Source: an uncultured virus (IMG/VR IMGVR_UViG_3300029705_003235)
Lineage: Duplodnaviria; Heunggongvirae; Uroviricota; Caudoviricetes
IMG/VR virus record: IMGVR_UViG_3300029705_003235
Direction: 5' to 3' (one strand)
Length of the DNA: 64,000 nt
Under the pieces are notes generated by a model. It saw nothing but the letters and a program-made list of their open reading frames with translations. It was not told the DNA's origin and made no database searches. Made by a program: the position numbers and the translations under genes. This document shows, in pieces, positions 46,392-56,506 of the stretch (the stretch's first letter is position 1; each line of letters starts with the position of its first letter).

Positions 46392-46787
46392 TTAATTTTT
46401 TTGCAAAAATCTATCATGAGCCATGCGGACACCGTCTTCCGTATTACCACCGCCAATGCTGAAAGCAATCTGCCTCCAACTCAATCCGTTGATGTAGCGA
46501 AGTGCCAATATCATTCTCATTTGGCTGTCCTCAACTGTTTCAATGTATCTATTCAGGCGGTTAAACTCGTAGAAGCATTTCTTAAGGTTCAAATCAAGCA
46601 GTGCTTTAAGGTCTGCGATTTCCGCTGCGTACTTTGCAACCTTGTCGCTGTTCCACGATACCTTTGGCATTCCAGTAATTTGTGCGGTGCAAGATGTGGC
46701 AAGACCCTCAAGCTCAAGAAGCCTGCGTTGCTGTTCTTCAATTTCACGATTTAAATAATAAAGCTGTGAAAGCTCTTTTTTTGTCAT
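46392..46787 (-). CDS. RinA/ArpU-like late transcriptional activator
   Basis: ILALRYINGLSWRQIA; immediately upstream of the packaging genes. Confidence 0.8.
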   Translation of the reverse strand: MTKKELSQLYYLNREIEEQQRRLLELEGLATSCTAQITGMPKVSWNSDKVAKYAAEIADLKALLDLNLKKCFYEFNRLNRYIETVEDSQMRMILALRYINGLSWRQIAFSIGGGNTEDGVRMAHDRFLQKN

Positions 46788-48142
46788 AGGCAAATCCCTC
46801 CAATCTCTGCTTTTACTGCATCCATTAATGCAGACTGCATTGTTTCCTTTGTACGAAGAGCTTTCATAATTCGCTCATCGGTTGTTCCTTTTGTAATGAT
46901 GTGGTGGATAACCACTGTTTTGGATTTCTGACCTTGTCTCCATAACCTTGCATTGGTTTGAAGGTAAAGTTCCAAGCTCCAAGTCAACCCAAACCATATA
47001 AGGGTTGAACCGCCTTCTTGGATGTTGAGTCCATGACCTGCAGATGCCGGATGAATTACAGCAACTGGAATGTTACCGCTGTTCCAATCGGTTATATCCT
47101 TTGAAGATTTAATCTCTCTTACATCAAACCGCTTTTGAATTCTCTCAAGGTCGTGTTTGAACCAATACGCCACAAGCACTGGTTTGCCGTTTGCTTGTTC
47201 GATTAAATCCTCAAGGGCATCAAGTTTTCTGCTATGGATTTCTATGAAGTTTTTCTCCTCATCATAAACAGCACCATTTGCCATTTGCGATAGTTTATTA
47301 CTTAATGCTCCAGCGTTGACCGCATCAATCTCTTTATTGGCAATTGCAAGAACGAGGTCTTTTTTCAGTCCGTTATACATTTTCATTTCCTTTTCTGAAA
47401 GACTTACTTCAACTTCGTTCATAATGCATTCAGGCATTTGAAGGTAGTCCGTGCTTTTCATTGAAATGGTTATGTCAGAAATTCTTCTGTATATTTCATC
47501 TTCCGCACCATCTTTCGGTTTATAAGAAAATATCACTTGACCGTTGCGTTTGTCAGGACGGAAGAACTCGTCCCTGTAATGGGTAATGAACCTTCCGAGT
47601 CGTTTGCCCATATCAAGTAGTTTGAACTCTGCCCATAAGTCCATAAGACCATTTGAAGAAGGTGTACCCGTGAGACCTACCATTCGTTTAACAGTGGGTC
47701 GCACTCTCATTAAACTTTTGAACCTTTTAGCTTGATGGCTCTTAAAGGATGACAGCTCATCAATTACCACCATGTCAAAGTTGAAATTAATACCGCTTTG
47801 CTCAATCAGCCATCCCACATTTTCTCGGTTGATAATGTAAAGGTTGGCAGGCTTTTGAAGTGCCAGTTTTCTTTCGGTTTCTGTTCCAACTGCAATGGAA
47901 TATTTGAGATGTTTTAAATGGTCCCACTTCTCAATCTCTGCTTTCCATGTATCCCTTGCTACACGGAGAGGTGCGATGACGAGAACTTTCTGCACCTCAA
48001 ATGTATCAAGGCAGAGGTTGTTGATAGCGGTAAGTGTTATGATACTTTTTCCAAGTCCCATATCTAATAGGACAGCTGCTACTGGGTGCTTTTCAATGAA
48101 CTCGGTTGCATAGGTTTGATAGTTATGCGGTACATATTTCAT
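46784..48142 (-). CDS. SNF2-family helicase
   Basis: DMGLGKS, IDELS, LTGTP, QTNARLWRQGQ. Confidence 0.93.
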   Translation of the reverse strand: MKYVPHNYQTYATEFIEKHPVAAVLLDMGLGKSIITLTAINNLCLDTFEVQKVLVIAPLRVARDTWKAEIEKWDHLKHLKYSIAVGTETERKLALQKPANLYIINRENVGWLIEQSGINFNFDMVVIDELSSFKSHQAKRFKSLMRVRPTVKRMVGLTGTPSSNGLMDLWAEFKLLDMGKRLGRFITHYRDEFFRPDKRNGQVIFSYKPKDGAEDEIYRRISDITISMKSTDYLQMPECIMNEVEVSLSEKEMKMYNGLKKDLVLAIANKEIDAVNAGALSNKLSQMANGAVYDEEKNFIEIHSRKLDALEDLIEQANGKPVLVAYWFKHDLERIQKRFDVREIKSSKDITDWNSGNIPVAVIHPASAGHGLNIQEGGSTLIWFGLTWSLELYLQTNARLWRQGQKSKTVVIHHIITKGTTDERIMKALRTKETMQSALMDAVKAEIGGICL

Positions 48143-48404
48143 CAAGTACACCTCCAATGCATTCAGGGTTGTCAATGCAGAAAACCAAAAAGCCAAGTGA
48201 TTCTAACTGTCGTTTTCTGCGTTCTTGAAGCGGTCGGAGTTTTTTGCCCGGTGCTTTAAGTTCTGCAAATGCAATAATGCCGTTTGGCATCAGAATGATT
48301 CTGTCAGGTACACCATCAAAGCCGGGAGACACAAACTTCATGCAAAGACCGCCTTTTTCTTTGACTGCTGTTTTTAATTTATTTTCTATCGTTTTTTCTC
48401 TCAT
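48123..48404 (-). CDS. VRR-NUC domain nuclease
   Basis: GVPDRI...FAELKAPG...LQ. Confidence 0.9.
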   Translation of the reverse strand: MREKTIENKLKTAVKEKGGLCMKFVSPGFDGVPDRIILMPNGIIAFAELKAPGKKLRPLQERRKRQLESLGFLVFCIDNPECIGGVLDEICTA

Positions 48405-48415
48405 TTTGAACTCCT

Positions 48416-48661
48416 TGTTTCCCGTTGTTGTTTCCAAAGGGGTAAAAACTCTCTCGTGCGTGTATGCGTGTATATGTTGCTATTTCTCTCTTTATCTTTA
48501 TATTTTTCTTATATATAAAGTAATTGGGAAACATAGGAAACAACCACACTGCAAGGCTGACCGCCACTGGCTTTGGGTTGTTTCCTGAAAAAGTTTCCAT
48601 TATCCCATTTGAGAAATGAGGGAAACAGCATTAACCGTTTTCTATGTTTCCGTTGGAAACA
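48416..48661. repeat. GGAAACA/TGTTTCC heptamer cluster, candidate replication origin
   Basis: Eight exact copies in both orientations around an AT-rich core. Confidence 0.6.
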
Positions 48662-51003
48662 CGGACGAATGTTTTCTGAACTCCGTAGCCGGGTATTCTT
48701 GTCTTGCCGGATGCGTTACCTGAATAACGCTCCCAACCACCGAGCTTGTAAAGAATACCTTCGATTTCATATGAATCCGATTTTTTGATGCTCTCACGAG
48801 CTTTACCGAAGCATTCGCACCATATCTCCATAACGCAAACACGGTCACGCTCGACAGAGCCATTTCTTTTAACCTCACCGAACTCTGTGCCATTGAGGTA
48901 GCTTTTTCTTTCGTATAAATCCATCGATGACCATTCTTCGGGAAGTAATGTATCAAGGTAATCCTCAACAATACCTTCTCGGTCATCTGCTTCCATTGCA
49001 TTTCTCTGCATTGCATATGCTTGCTCTGCGACTTTACCTTTAAGGAACAGCTCCTCGCCACGATTGTAATACTCGACAGCTTCTGCCCATATTTGGTCTA
49101 CATCAGTAAGCTCCCACGGATGATGCTTGCCTTTGCCTGTTATGTTAACGGGAAAGAAGCGGCGGTTTCCAGTGATGTCACGAAGGAATCCACTATCGCT
49201 GTTGGTTGTGCCTACAATGATACAGCTTCTCGGATGGCTTTCAACTGAAGTGCCATAAGCCTGACGGTACTTATCATCGGTTCGTGTAACAAAGGATTTG
49301 ATGGTTTCCACATCAACCTTTTTCATTCCGTTAAGCTCCGATATTTCAAGAATCCAATATCCCTGTAATTTTTCAGGAGCAGTCTTATCCTTCATATCGG
49401 CTATAGACAAAGAGTCAGAGAACCACTGCTTTCCGAGCTTTGCAAAAAGAGTGGATTTTCCGATGCCTTGCTTGCCACCAATAACGAGGATGGTATCAAA
49501 CTTTATGCCCGGTTCAAAAATTCTCGCAACAGCTGCTACGAGTGTCTTTCTTGTTACAGCACGAACATACTCCGTATCATCAGCACCGAGGTAATCAATA
49601 AGAAGTGTATCTAATCTTTCAATTCCATCCCATTTCAGATCTGATAAATATTCTTTTACAGGATGGTAAAGGCGGTCAGCTGAAGCTACGGCAAGGAGAG
49701 CATCCTTGAACTTGGTAGGTGACCATATTCCATAGATGCGTTCAAAATACATCTTTGCACAAGCAAGGTCGGTATCGCTCCAACCCGGCTTTACCTGATT
49801 CCAAGGCAGAGTGCCAACAACATCAATCATATTTTTAAATTGATTAAACACGATGCATTTGAGGTTTTCATCGTTACGGATAATGGTACAAATGTTGGTC
49901 ATGGTGTCTTTGATGTTCCCGGCTTTGTCAAGTTCCAAAGTGGTCTGCCAGTCATCTGTGGCAAAGTCATCCGAAGCCTGTGCCATTCGCTCTTCAGCAA
50001 AAACTGCACGGACAGCATCGTCTTTAAGAGCTAAATCGCACATTGCTTTATATGAGGGGAGCTTGGATGGCGGTGTATTTCTGTCGCACTTATCATCAAG
50101 GTCATGAAACTTATGAAGGCGTACCAAGTCGAAGGCATTCAGCAGATGTCCGCACACGGGGTCAGTCGCATGGTGGCTATATGCAAACTTTCCGTCATAC
50201 ACAACTACACCTGCGGAAGAGTCTGCCGGGATATAATCAAAGCGACCATTCATTGCACTTGGTGCATAAACTTCTGACAGAAACTTTTCAATTGCATCCT
50301 CAATGGTGTATGCACGGCAAAATGCTCCTACAACACCCGGTTTTGTCAGGGGGTCAGCTTGTGCAGATACATTTCTGCTTACAACTTCCGACTGCCTTGA
50401 GGATACCGGGTAAGTGGATACATCCTTCCAATCGTCATACTTGGCAAGATACACATCAGGGTCAAGGTCATCTCCTCGCTTCACATCGTGGAAGAACTCT
50501 CCGTTGATGGAGGTTGACGGAAAATACATAAGTCTGCAAGGCTCATATGTAGTGTCATCGAACATATCAATGCCGATTTCCTTTGCGACCATTCTTGCGA
50601 CCGCTGGGTATTCCTCTTCGGAAATATCACGGGAAAGCGGAATAAGCAATCGCAGTCTCGGATTCTCTTTGGTGTGTTTATGCGTGGTATATACGCAGCA
50701 TCTGAAATCATATAGCATCTTGATGCTTTCCCAAATATCAGGGGTTGCATAGTCCATATCAAGGGTCAACATACTGCGGCAGAGTACATTCCCGTTCTTT
50801 CGTCTGCCTTCACGAAGATGACCGCCAACGAAGCCACCGACATCCTTGATGTTATCCTGCTGACCTTTTTTCATTTTTCTGTATTCTTCAACGGTCTCGG
50901 TAGTGCGTTTGGTGTAGCTCACAACCTCACACAATTCCTCCCAAGACATCTCTTTGTTTTTCCACCGCTTATCCATACGGCTATTACCAAATGCTATCTT
51001 CAT
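48631..51003 (-). CDS. Primase-helicase with VapE domain
   Basis: LTLDMD...THKHT..PRLR; GKQGIGKST; TGNRRF. Confidence 0.9.
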   Translation of the reverse strand: MKIAFGNSRMDKRWKNKEMSWEELCEVVSYTKRTTETVEEYRKMKKGQQDNIKDVGGFVGGHLREGRRKNGNVLCRSMLTLDMDYATPDIWESIKMLYDFRCCVYTTHKHTKENPRLRLLIPLSRDISEEEYPAVARMVAKEIGIDMFDDTTYEPCRLMYFPSTSINGEFFHDVKRGDDLDPDVYLAKYDDWKDVSTYPVSSRQSEVVSRNVSAQADPLTKPGVVGAFCRAYTIEDAIEKFLSEVYAPSAMNGRFDYIPADSSAGVVVYDGKFAYSHHATDPVCGHLLNAFDLVRLHKFHDLDDKCDRNTPPSKLPSYKAMCDLALKDDAVRAVFAEERMAQASDDFATDDWQTTLELDKAGNIKDTMTNICTIIRNDENLKCIVFNQFKNMIDVVGTLPWNQVKPGWSDTDLACAKMYFERIYGIWSPTKFKDALLAVASADRLYHPVKEYLSDLKWDGIERLDTLLIDYLGADDTEYVRAVTRKTLVAAVARIFEPGIKFDTILVIGGKQGIGKSTLFAKLGKQWFSDSLSIADMKDKTAPEKLQGYWILEISELNGMKKVDVETIKSFVTRTDDKYRQAYGTSVESHPRSCIIVGTTNSDSGFLRDITGNRRFFPVNITGKGKHHPWELTDVDQIWAEAVEYYNRGEELFLKGKVAEQAYAMQRNAMEADDREGIVEDYLDTLLPEEWSSMDLYERKSYLNGTEFGEVKRNGSVERDRVCVMEIWCECFGKARESIKKSDSYEIEGILYKLGGWERYSGNASGKTRIPGYGVQKTFVRVSNGNIENG

Positions 51004-51422
51004 TTTTTGACCTCCTTACAAGCCTCGGTGAAATACCTGATAGGCTGTCCTTTCTTTTTTGCCTTTGCTATCTCAATTCCCATGCCGTTTGATATCTTCT
51101 TACCGAACACCCAAAGTTCGGCACATTTCGACAAGAGAACAATATCCATAAATATTGCAAGGTTTCTTTCTTTTGGGTTTTCATCCGACAGAAATTGTGG
51201 GAAGAACAGATGCGGTGCTATGGGAATGCACCCTTTGTCAACTGCAAACTTACAATACTTTCTTGCTTTTTCAATGTTTGTTTTTGTATCCCCGGAAAAC
51301 GGAGAACATATATAAACGATTGGTCGGAAGGCTGACTTCTTTGCTTCCGCTTCAATCCGTGTTAATGCTTCATATGCTGTCGGGTCATAGTAGCGTTCTG
51401 AATTGTATAAATTAACACTCAT
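51000..51422 (-). CDS. DUF4406-like protein (nucleoside deoxyribosyltransferase fold)
   Basis: VYICSPFSGD...PIAPHL...CAELWVFG..IS.GM..EI. Confidence 0.8.
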   Translation of the reverse strand: MSVNLYNSERYYDPTAYEALTRIEAEAKKSAFRPIVYICSPFSGDTKTNIEKARKYCKFAVDKGCIPIAPHLFFPQFLSDENPKERNLAIFMDIVLLSKCAELWVFGKKISNGMGIEIAKAKKKGQPIRYFTEACKEVKK

Positions 51423-51426
51423 ACCT

Positions 51427-53355
51427 TTAATCCTTTCTGTAAAAATCACAGACATATCCATCGGCACGGAGGATGAGACCCTCTGCCCATGATGGAGTTT
51501 GTCCCATTACCCGACATATATCGTCAAGCGAAGTTTCGGGCGCTGCTTCGATAACAGCTTCATCGTGTATGTGCATAACAATGTCAAAGCCGGAATCATT
51601 CAATCGGAGCATTGCTTCCGCAAGAATGTCACGAGCCGTTGCTTGGACAATATTCTCGACAAATTTCGCTCCATAACTTTCGAGTCGTTCCCATTTCTTT
51701 GTGCCGCCGACACCTTCGTAGGTCACGGACTCACCACCAAAGCGGTTCTCGCCAATCCTCGGTTTTACATAAGCAAGCCGTCTGCCGGAAGGGAGAGTAA
51801 TAAAGAGTATTCCGCTTTGCAATGAAAAGCCGATGCCGTGTGTTTTTGTTGCTTGTTTGGTTTTGATGCATTCTTTGACTGCATTGTCCACTGCATACCA
51901 GAACTGCACAATTCTTGTATTTGCTTGCCTCCAAGCATCCACAAGTGGCTGAAGCTCCGATTCCTCAATGCCCATTTGCAATGCACCCATTGCTTTCAAT
52001 GCACCGACCGAACCGCCATACCCAAGTGCCAATTCAGCGATTTTTCCTTTTTGTCGGAGGTGTCCGTTTACACCATTTTTCTCAACTGGTACATGAAACA
52101 TCTGCGATGCGGATGCACAATAAATGTCACCACCATTTTCAAACACACCTTGTCTCCATTGCTCTCCTGCAAGCCACGCAATGACACGAGCCTCAATTGC
52201 TGCGAAGTCAGCAACATAGAATCGGCACCCCGGTTTTGGAACGAATGCTGTTCTTATAAGCTCCGAAAGTACAAACGGCACAAAATCATAGAGCATCTCA
52301 ACATCTTTATAAAATCCCTTTTTGACAAGGGTGCGAGCTTGCTCCAAGTCAGGCAGATGATTCTGTGGAAGGTTCTGAACTTGAATGAGTCTTCCGGCAT
52401 ATCTGCCAGTGCGGTTTGCACCATAAAATTGTATAAGACCTCTGGCACGACCATCTGAACCGACAGCATTTTCCATTGCTGTATATTTCTTAACACTGCT
52501 TTTTGCCAGTTGCTTCCGTAGATTAAGCATTTCAGCAACCTCATCGGTTGCTTCCGAAAGCAACTCTTCCACGGCATCTTTACTCAAAGTTTCCGTTTCC
52601 ACTCCTTGTTCGGACAACCATTCCTTCAGCTGAACCGTGGAGTTCGGATTTTCAAGTCCCGTAATCTCACGAGCCGTTTGGAGGTTAGATTCACGCATTT
52701 CGGTATCGCATTTTATTGCAGAAGCTACCAATTTCAAATCAAGCATGATTCCTCGGTCATTAATTTCTTGGTCGAGGATGTAATTCTGCCATTCGGTATC
52801 CGATACAGGAAATTTTGAAAGCCTCTGCTGAATAGACATCTCAACCTCAACATCTCGAATGTTGTATTGCTTGAAGCTCTCCCAACGGTCCGGGGCATCT
52901 TGGGGAAAGTGTCTTATTTGTGTACCATCACGGAGCTTTCCGGGAGTACAAAAATAACGGATGAGTTCTTTCCCTTCTGTGAGCTTTTGCTTTTCAAGCC
53001 CAAGAACCGCTCCGACACCTTCAAGTGAAAGTGGAAGTCCGAGAGTTGCTGCCCAGACCATAGTGCATCGCCATGCTTTGGCGGTCATATGTTTACCGAT
53101 ATATTTTGAAAGGCATATGCGTTCAAACTGTGCATTAAATGCCCACTTTATTACAGAATCATCTGTTAACGCATTAAGCACATCGGAAGGGATAGATTCT
53201 CCCAATGCCAAGTCAACAACCTCAACCTTACCGCCATCTATGGAATAAGCAAAAAGGAGTATTTCAAAATCTTTTGATTCGCTATACTTGTATACTCCAG
53301 ATTTGGTAAGGTTCACAGAGGAGTATGTCTCAATATCAATGCTTATCGTTTTCAT
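51427..53355 (-). CDS. Family A DNA polymerase (phage)
   Basis: IDIET exonuclease motif; ADFAAIEAR; RQKGKIAELALGYG; HIHDE. Confidence 0.95.
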   Translation of the reverse strand: MKTISIDIETYSSVNLTKSGVYKYSESKDFEILLFAYSIDGGKVEVVDLALGESIPSDVLNALTDDSVIKWAFNAQFERICLSKYIGKHMTAKAWRCTMVWAATLGLPLSLEGVGAVLGLEKQKLTEGKELIRYFCTPGKLRDGTQIRHFPQDAPDRWESFKQYNIRDVEVEMSIQQRLSKFPVSDTEWQNYILDQEINDRGIMLDLKLVASAIKCDTEMRESNLQTAREITGLENPNSTVQLKEWLSEQGVETETLSKDAVEELLSEATDEVAEMLNLRKQLAKSSVKKYTAMENAVGSDGRARGLIQFYGANRTGRYAGRLIQVQNLPQNHLPDLEQARTLVKKGFYKDVEMLYDFVPFVLSELIRTAFVPKPGCRFYVADFAAIEARVIAWLAGEQWRQGVFENGGDIYCASASQMFHVPVEKNGVNGHLRQKGKIAELALGYGGSVGALKAMGALQMGIEESELQPLVDAWRQANTRIVQFWYAVDNAVKECIKTKQATKTHGIGFSLQSGILFITLPSGRRLAYVKPRIGENRFGGESVTYEGVGGTKKWERLESYGAKFVENIVQATARDILAEAMLRLNDSGFDIVMHIHDEAVIEAAPETSLDDICRVMGQTPSWAEGLILRADGYVCDFYRKD

Positions 53356-53409
53356 AGTTACTCCTTTCTGCTATAGGGGACAGAGTGGCTCTGTCCCCAT
53401 ATATGTTAA

Positions 53410-53955
53410 TTAGTCAAGAAAATCCTCATCATCAAGGGTTGTGAAGTCATCTGCTGCATTGGTTCTGCCACCGAGTGGTTCACCGTCTCTTACTTTTTGA
53501 ATGTTTCCAAGACCGCAGGCGATACCTTTGTTACCATTTGAGTTGAATGCATAGAAGGTAATGGACACTCTTGCATACACACCGCTATACACCTCATTGC
53601 GGTCAAGTATAGGCTGAACCTTTGCATCTACAATCTGCGGAGCCGTTGTGCTGTTTGCATTTACAAAGAAACTATCCTTATATGCTTCATCGTCACGCTC
53701 AACATCCCCGTCACGGAGAGGAAGCTTAAGAGCTGCCTTGTTGGGAATCTTGCCACCGAACTTTGAAGCACCTTCTTTGATTGCATTGTCGATTGCCGCT
53801 TCAATCTGTGAAATCGTCTTTTTATCCGACTTGGGGATAATCAGCGAAACAGAGTATTTTTCTGCACCGCCATTTATTGATTTCGGTTCCCACACATTTG
53901 CATATGAAAGTCTTACTACGCCTGTAACTACTTTTGTGTTATTCTGATTTGTCAT
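53410..53955 (-). CDS. DUF2815 ssDNA-binding protein
   Basis: RLSYANVWEP, PLRDGD, GLGNIQK; acidic tail. Confidence 0.9.
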   Translation of the reverse strand: MTNQNNTKVVTGVVRLSYANVWEPKSINGGAEKYSVSLIIPKSDKKTISQIEAAIDNAIKEGASKFGGKIPNKAALKLPLRDGDVERDDEAYKDSFFVNANSTTAPQIVDAKVQPILDRNEVYSGVYARVSITFYAFNSNGNKGIACGLGNIQKVRDGEPLGGRTNAADDFTTLDDEDFLD

Positions 53956-53960
53956 GATTA

Positions 53961-55103
53961 TCAATCCTCCGTAATTTCATTAAATTCATCATTTACATTT
54001 GATTTTGTGATTGCCTGTCTTTTGTCACTCGCAGGCACGAGTGTTGGTTTTCCCGGTGGCTTATATACAAGACCTCCGAGGATTTCAGCAAAGCCTTTTT
54101 TACCCATGAGCTTTTCCATTTCAGTTATGGTGATAAGGCTTTGTTTGAAGATGTCAGTGTATCCGGCAGCCTTCGCTGCTTCAGCAACTGCATCTTCATC
54201 TGTGTACTTGCGATTCGAGCGACCTTCGACCACCTTAAATCCACGCCATTCTTTGCCGTGGTTCAGAGCAGCATCCTGTGCATAAGCGGTGATTTCATTA
54301 GCCCACTTTGTAAGGTCATCAAGTTTTCCAAGAATGTCCTCAATTTCATCGTCTGTCAACAGTGGCGGAGCTTTGAATTCATACTTTGCAAGCCTTAACT
54401 TTTCTTCAGCTCTTGCTCTGCACTTAACAGCTGCTTTGCAGAATGTACACCACGAACCGGGACAATATTCACCTTCGCCTTTATATGCTTTTTCAGCTTT
54501 GGGGATGAGGGTGTTTTCCGTCCATTCTCGAAGCTCTGAAACAGGAATCGTCCAAGTGCTTATGTTTTCACGACGTGGTTGATATATGGTCATGGAAATT
54601 TGTTCGATGTCATAAAGACCATCATAGATTTCCAATGCACCAAGTGCATAAAGCATCATCTGCGGATTGTGTTCTGCTTCCACAAGCACACCTTGACCAT
54701 ATTTGAAATCTATAATATGTAGTGTGCTGTCGGAAATAATGATGCAGTCACCAGTTCCGAAGCCATCAGGTACAAATCGTGAAAAATCGAGTTTTTGCTC
54801 AATAAGTATAATTGGGTCTGTGCATACATTTTTTGCTTCTTCCAAAGTCTCAAGGACAAAAACTACATACCCGTCAGTATGCTCATCCATCTCATCGGAG
54901 TCATACTGTGATGTAGGTTTCCGGGAACGCATTTTCAGTGCCTTGCGAAGTTTGTGTTCACAAAGAGCATGAGCAGCAGTTCCTTCCGCTGCAGCATCGG
55001 TTTCCTTGTTCTCAAATTCAAGTTCAAGTCTTGCCGATGGGTTACAGTTAAGCCAACGGTGAGAAGATGATGCAGATAAGACAGCGTGTTTCTTTTCAGC
55101 CAT
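53961..55103 (-). CDS. DUF2800 PD-(D/E)xK nuclease (Cas4-like)
   Basis: HAVLSASS, EGTAAH, FGTGD, IDFKYG, CTFC. Confidence 0.9.
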   Translation of the reverse strand: MAEKKHAVLSASSSHRWLNCNPSARLELEFENKETDAAAEGTAAHALCEHKLRKALKMRSRKPTSQYDSDEMDEHTDGYVVFVLETLEEAKNVCTDPIILIEQKLDFSRFVPDGFGTGDCIIISDSTLHIIDFKYGQGVLVEAEHNPQMMLYALGALEIYDGLYDIEQISMTIYQPRRENISTWTIPVSELREWTENTLIPKAEKAYKGEGEYCPGSWCTFCKAAVKCRARAEEKLRLAKYEFKAPPLLTDDEIEDILGKLDDLTKWANEITAYAQDAALNHGKEWRGFKVVEGRSNRKYTDEDAVAEAAKAAGYTDIFKQSLITITEMEKLMGKKGFAEILGGLVYKPPGKPTLVPASDKRQAITKSNVNDEFNEITED

Positions 55104-55430
55104 TTATAACACCTCCGCATCGGCAAGCAATGCCGGATAATCTTTTGGGTCAATCTCGCTTAACTTGGAATGACCATACTTTTGCAAAAGCTCTCGAATT
55201 TCTGCACCGTGTCCGTTTGCACTTTTTGTAGATAAGACACTTCGGACATCTTCAAGTGTGAGCTTCGGCTCATCGTGTACTTCCTGCGTAGGTTCAAGAT
55301 CAGGAGCTTGGGGTTCGGTTTCTTCTGATACCGTGTTAGTGTCGCACATCGCATCAGCCACCGCTTCCAAACTATCTGCCAATGAACGCATTCCCGATAC
55401 AACATCGAGTAGGAGCTTAACTTTACTCAT
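55104..55430 (-). CDS. Conserved phage replication-region protein
   Basis: LTLEDVRSVL...LLQKYG..KLSEIDPKDY. Confidence 0.8.
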   Translation of the reverse strand: MSKVKLLLDVVSGMRSLADSLEAVADAMCDTNTVSEETEPQAPDLEPTQEVHDEPKLTLEDVRSVLSTKSANGHGAEIRELLQKYGHSKLSEIDPKDYPALLADAEVL

Positions 55431-55621
55431 ACATTTTCACCTCCTGACACTTCATTGATTGACAGTGATTGAACACTATCTCCGGGAACAACAATTGTCA
55501 GCTTTGTCGGACTGCCGAGCAGAAACCTTAATAACCGTTCCCTTACCGAAATACTGCGACAACTAACGATGCCACTGTTTTTCGGTTTCTTTGAAACACT
55601 GATTTGTAAGTTGTGCTTCAT
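55427..55621 (-). CDS. Hypothetical protein
   Basis: AAGGAG RBS; first gene of the replication operon. Confidence 0.75.
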   Translation of the reverse strand: MKHNLQISVSKKPKNSGIVSCRSISVRERLLRFLLGSPTKLTIVVPGDSVQSLSINEVSGGENV

Positions 55622-55667
55622 GTTTCTCCTTCTTTCCGAAAGGCTGATTTTGTTGTGCCTTTCACCC

Positions 55668-55698
55668 TACGGAGATTTATTGGCTGTTTTGGGGAGGT
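55668..55698 (-). promoter_or_regulatory. Candidate phage-sigma promoter, copy 2
   Basis: Same two blocks and spacing as 17485-17515. Confidence 0.65.
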
Positions 55699-56084
55699 GT
55701 TTTCAAAATTTTTTTTATTTTTTTTCTTGCTGCATCAATTGAATAGCAAACTGCCTTGTGGTCTTTGTTTTCTCTTCGAGCAATTTCTCGTATAGATAAA
55801 CCACTCGCAAGCATTAGTAATCGTCTTTGCTGTACTTCAGTAAGTTCACTTAAAGCTTCATATAAGGATTCATTTTCAAGTCCCTGAAAATATATACTTT
55901 CCGGGGTGTCCGGGTCTGCGTAGTCTAAACCTTCCCAAGCTGCATCGGAAGAGTAACAATGATACCTCTCTTTACGAGCAAGGTTCTCTTCTATTCTTCT
56001 GGAATCCAAAATCCATGTGCCGATATTTTCATCAACTTCGATTTCCGTTTTTTCACCATTAACAAATTCATACTTAATTTTCAT
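55677..56084 (-). CDS. Sigma-70 region-4 (ECF-like) factor
   Basis: LYEALSELTEVQQRRL...GLSIREIARRE...SIDAARKKIKK. Confidence 0.85.
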   Translation of the reverse strand: MKIKYEFVNGEKTEIEVDENIGTWILDSRRIEENLARKERYHCYSSDAAWEGLDYADPDTPESIYFQGLENESLYEALSELTEVQQRRLLMLASGLSIREIARRENKDHKAVCYSIDAARKKIKKILKTPPQNSQ

Positions 56085-56108
56085 AAATAGGCTCCTTTCA
56101 GATTTTGA

Positions 56109-56216
56109 AATCCGTCCAGAGCCGCTTCATCCACCAAACAGAAAAAGACGACAGAGAAGACCGACTTCCCGTGGGGAAAGTACAGTCCGCACTGCCGTCT
56201 TGCGTTCTGGCGGATT
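56109..56216 (-). promoter_or_regulatory. Structured leader/attenuator upstream of the sigma gene
   Basis: Nested stems AATCCGCCAGA/TCTGGACGGATT and AAGACGGCAG/CTGTCGTCTT; inner stem followed by TTTCTGTTT. Confidence 0.6.
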
Positions 56217-56226
56217 ACTTAATTAC

Positions 56227-56379
56227 TTATGCTACTTTTTTTATGTGTTCAATTTTCAGTGAACCATCTGGGTTCGCTGTTATTCGGGTTAAGCAGTCTT
56301 TGTTTACAATTTCCACGACCCTTCGGTCTGGACTTATATCGCAGACACGCTTCCCATTGAGGTTGCGTATTTCAGCCAT
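56227..56379 (-). CDS. Small protein, 50 aa (not in ORF track)
   Basis: AAAGGAGGT RBS; MAEIRNLNGKRVCDISPDRRVVEIVNKDCLTRITANPDGSLKIEHIKKVA. Confidence 0.75.
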   Translation of the reverse strand: MAEIRNLNGKRVCDISPDRRVVEIVNKDCLTRITANPDGSLKIEHIKKVA

Positions 56380-56506
56380 GAGATGACCTCCTTTCAATAT
56401 TTTTTTTGTTTTCCTCTATTAAAATTATAAAAGATGTGGTATAATATATTCAAATATTGAATATACATACTTTTTACGAATATTTATCAATGGGAGGAAT
56501 ATAAAT

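Noticed and set aside
51838..52458. 206-aa plus-strand ORF (likewise 22969-23484, 25951-26469, 35796-36356, 46230-46754, 63324-63884)
   Set aside because: Antisense shadows of well-supported genes, with no motifs recognised
53961..55103. Cas4 as part of CRISPR-Cas
   Set aside because: DUF2800 nuclease in its usual phage replication context with SSB and PolA
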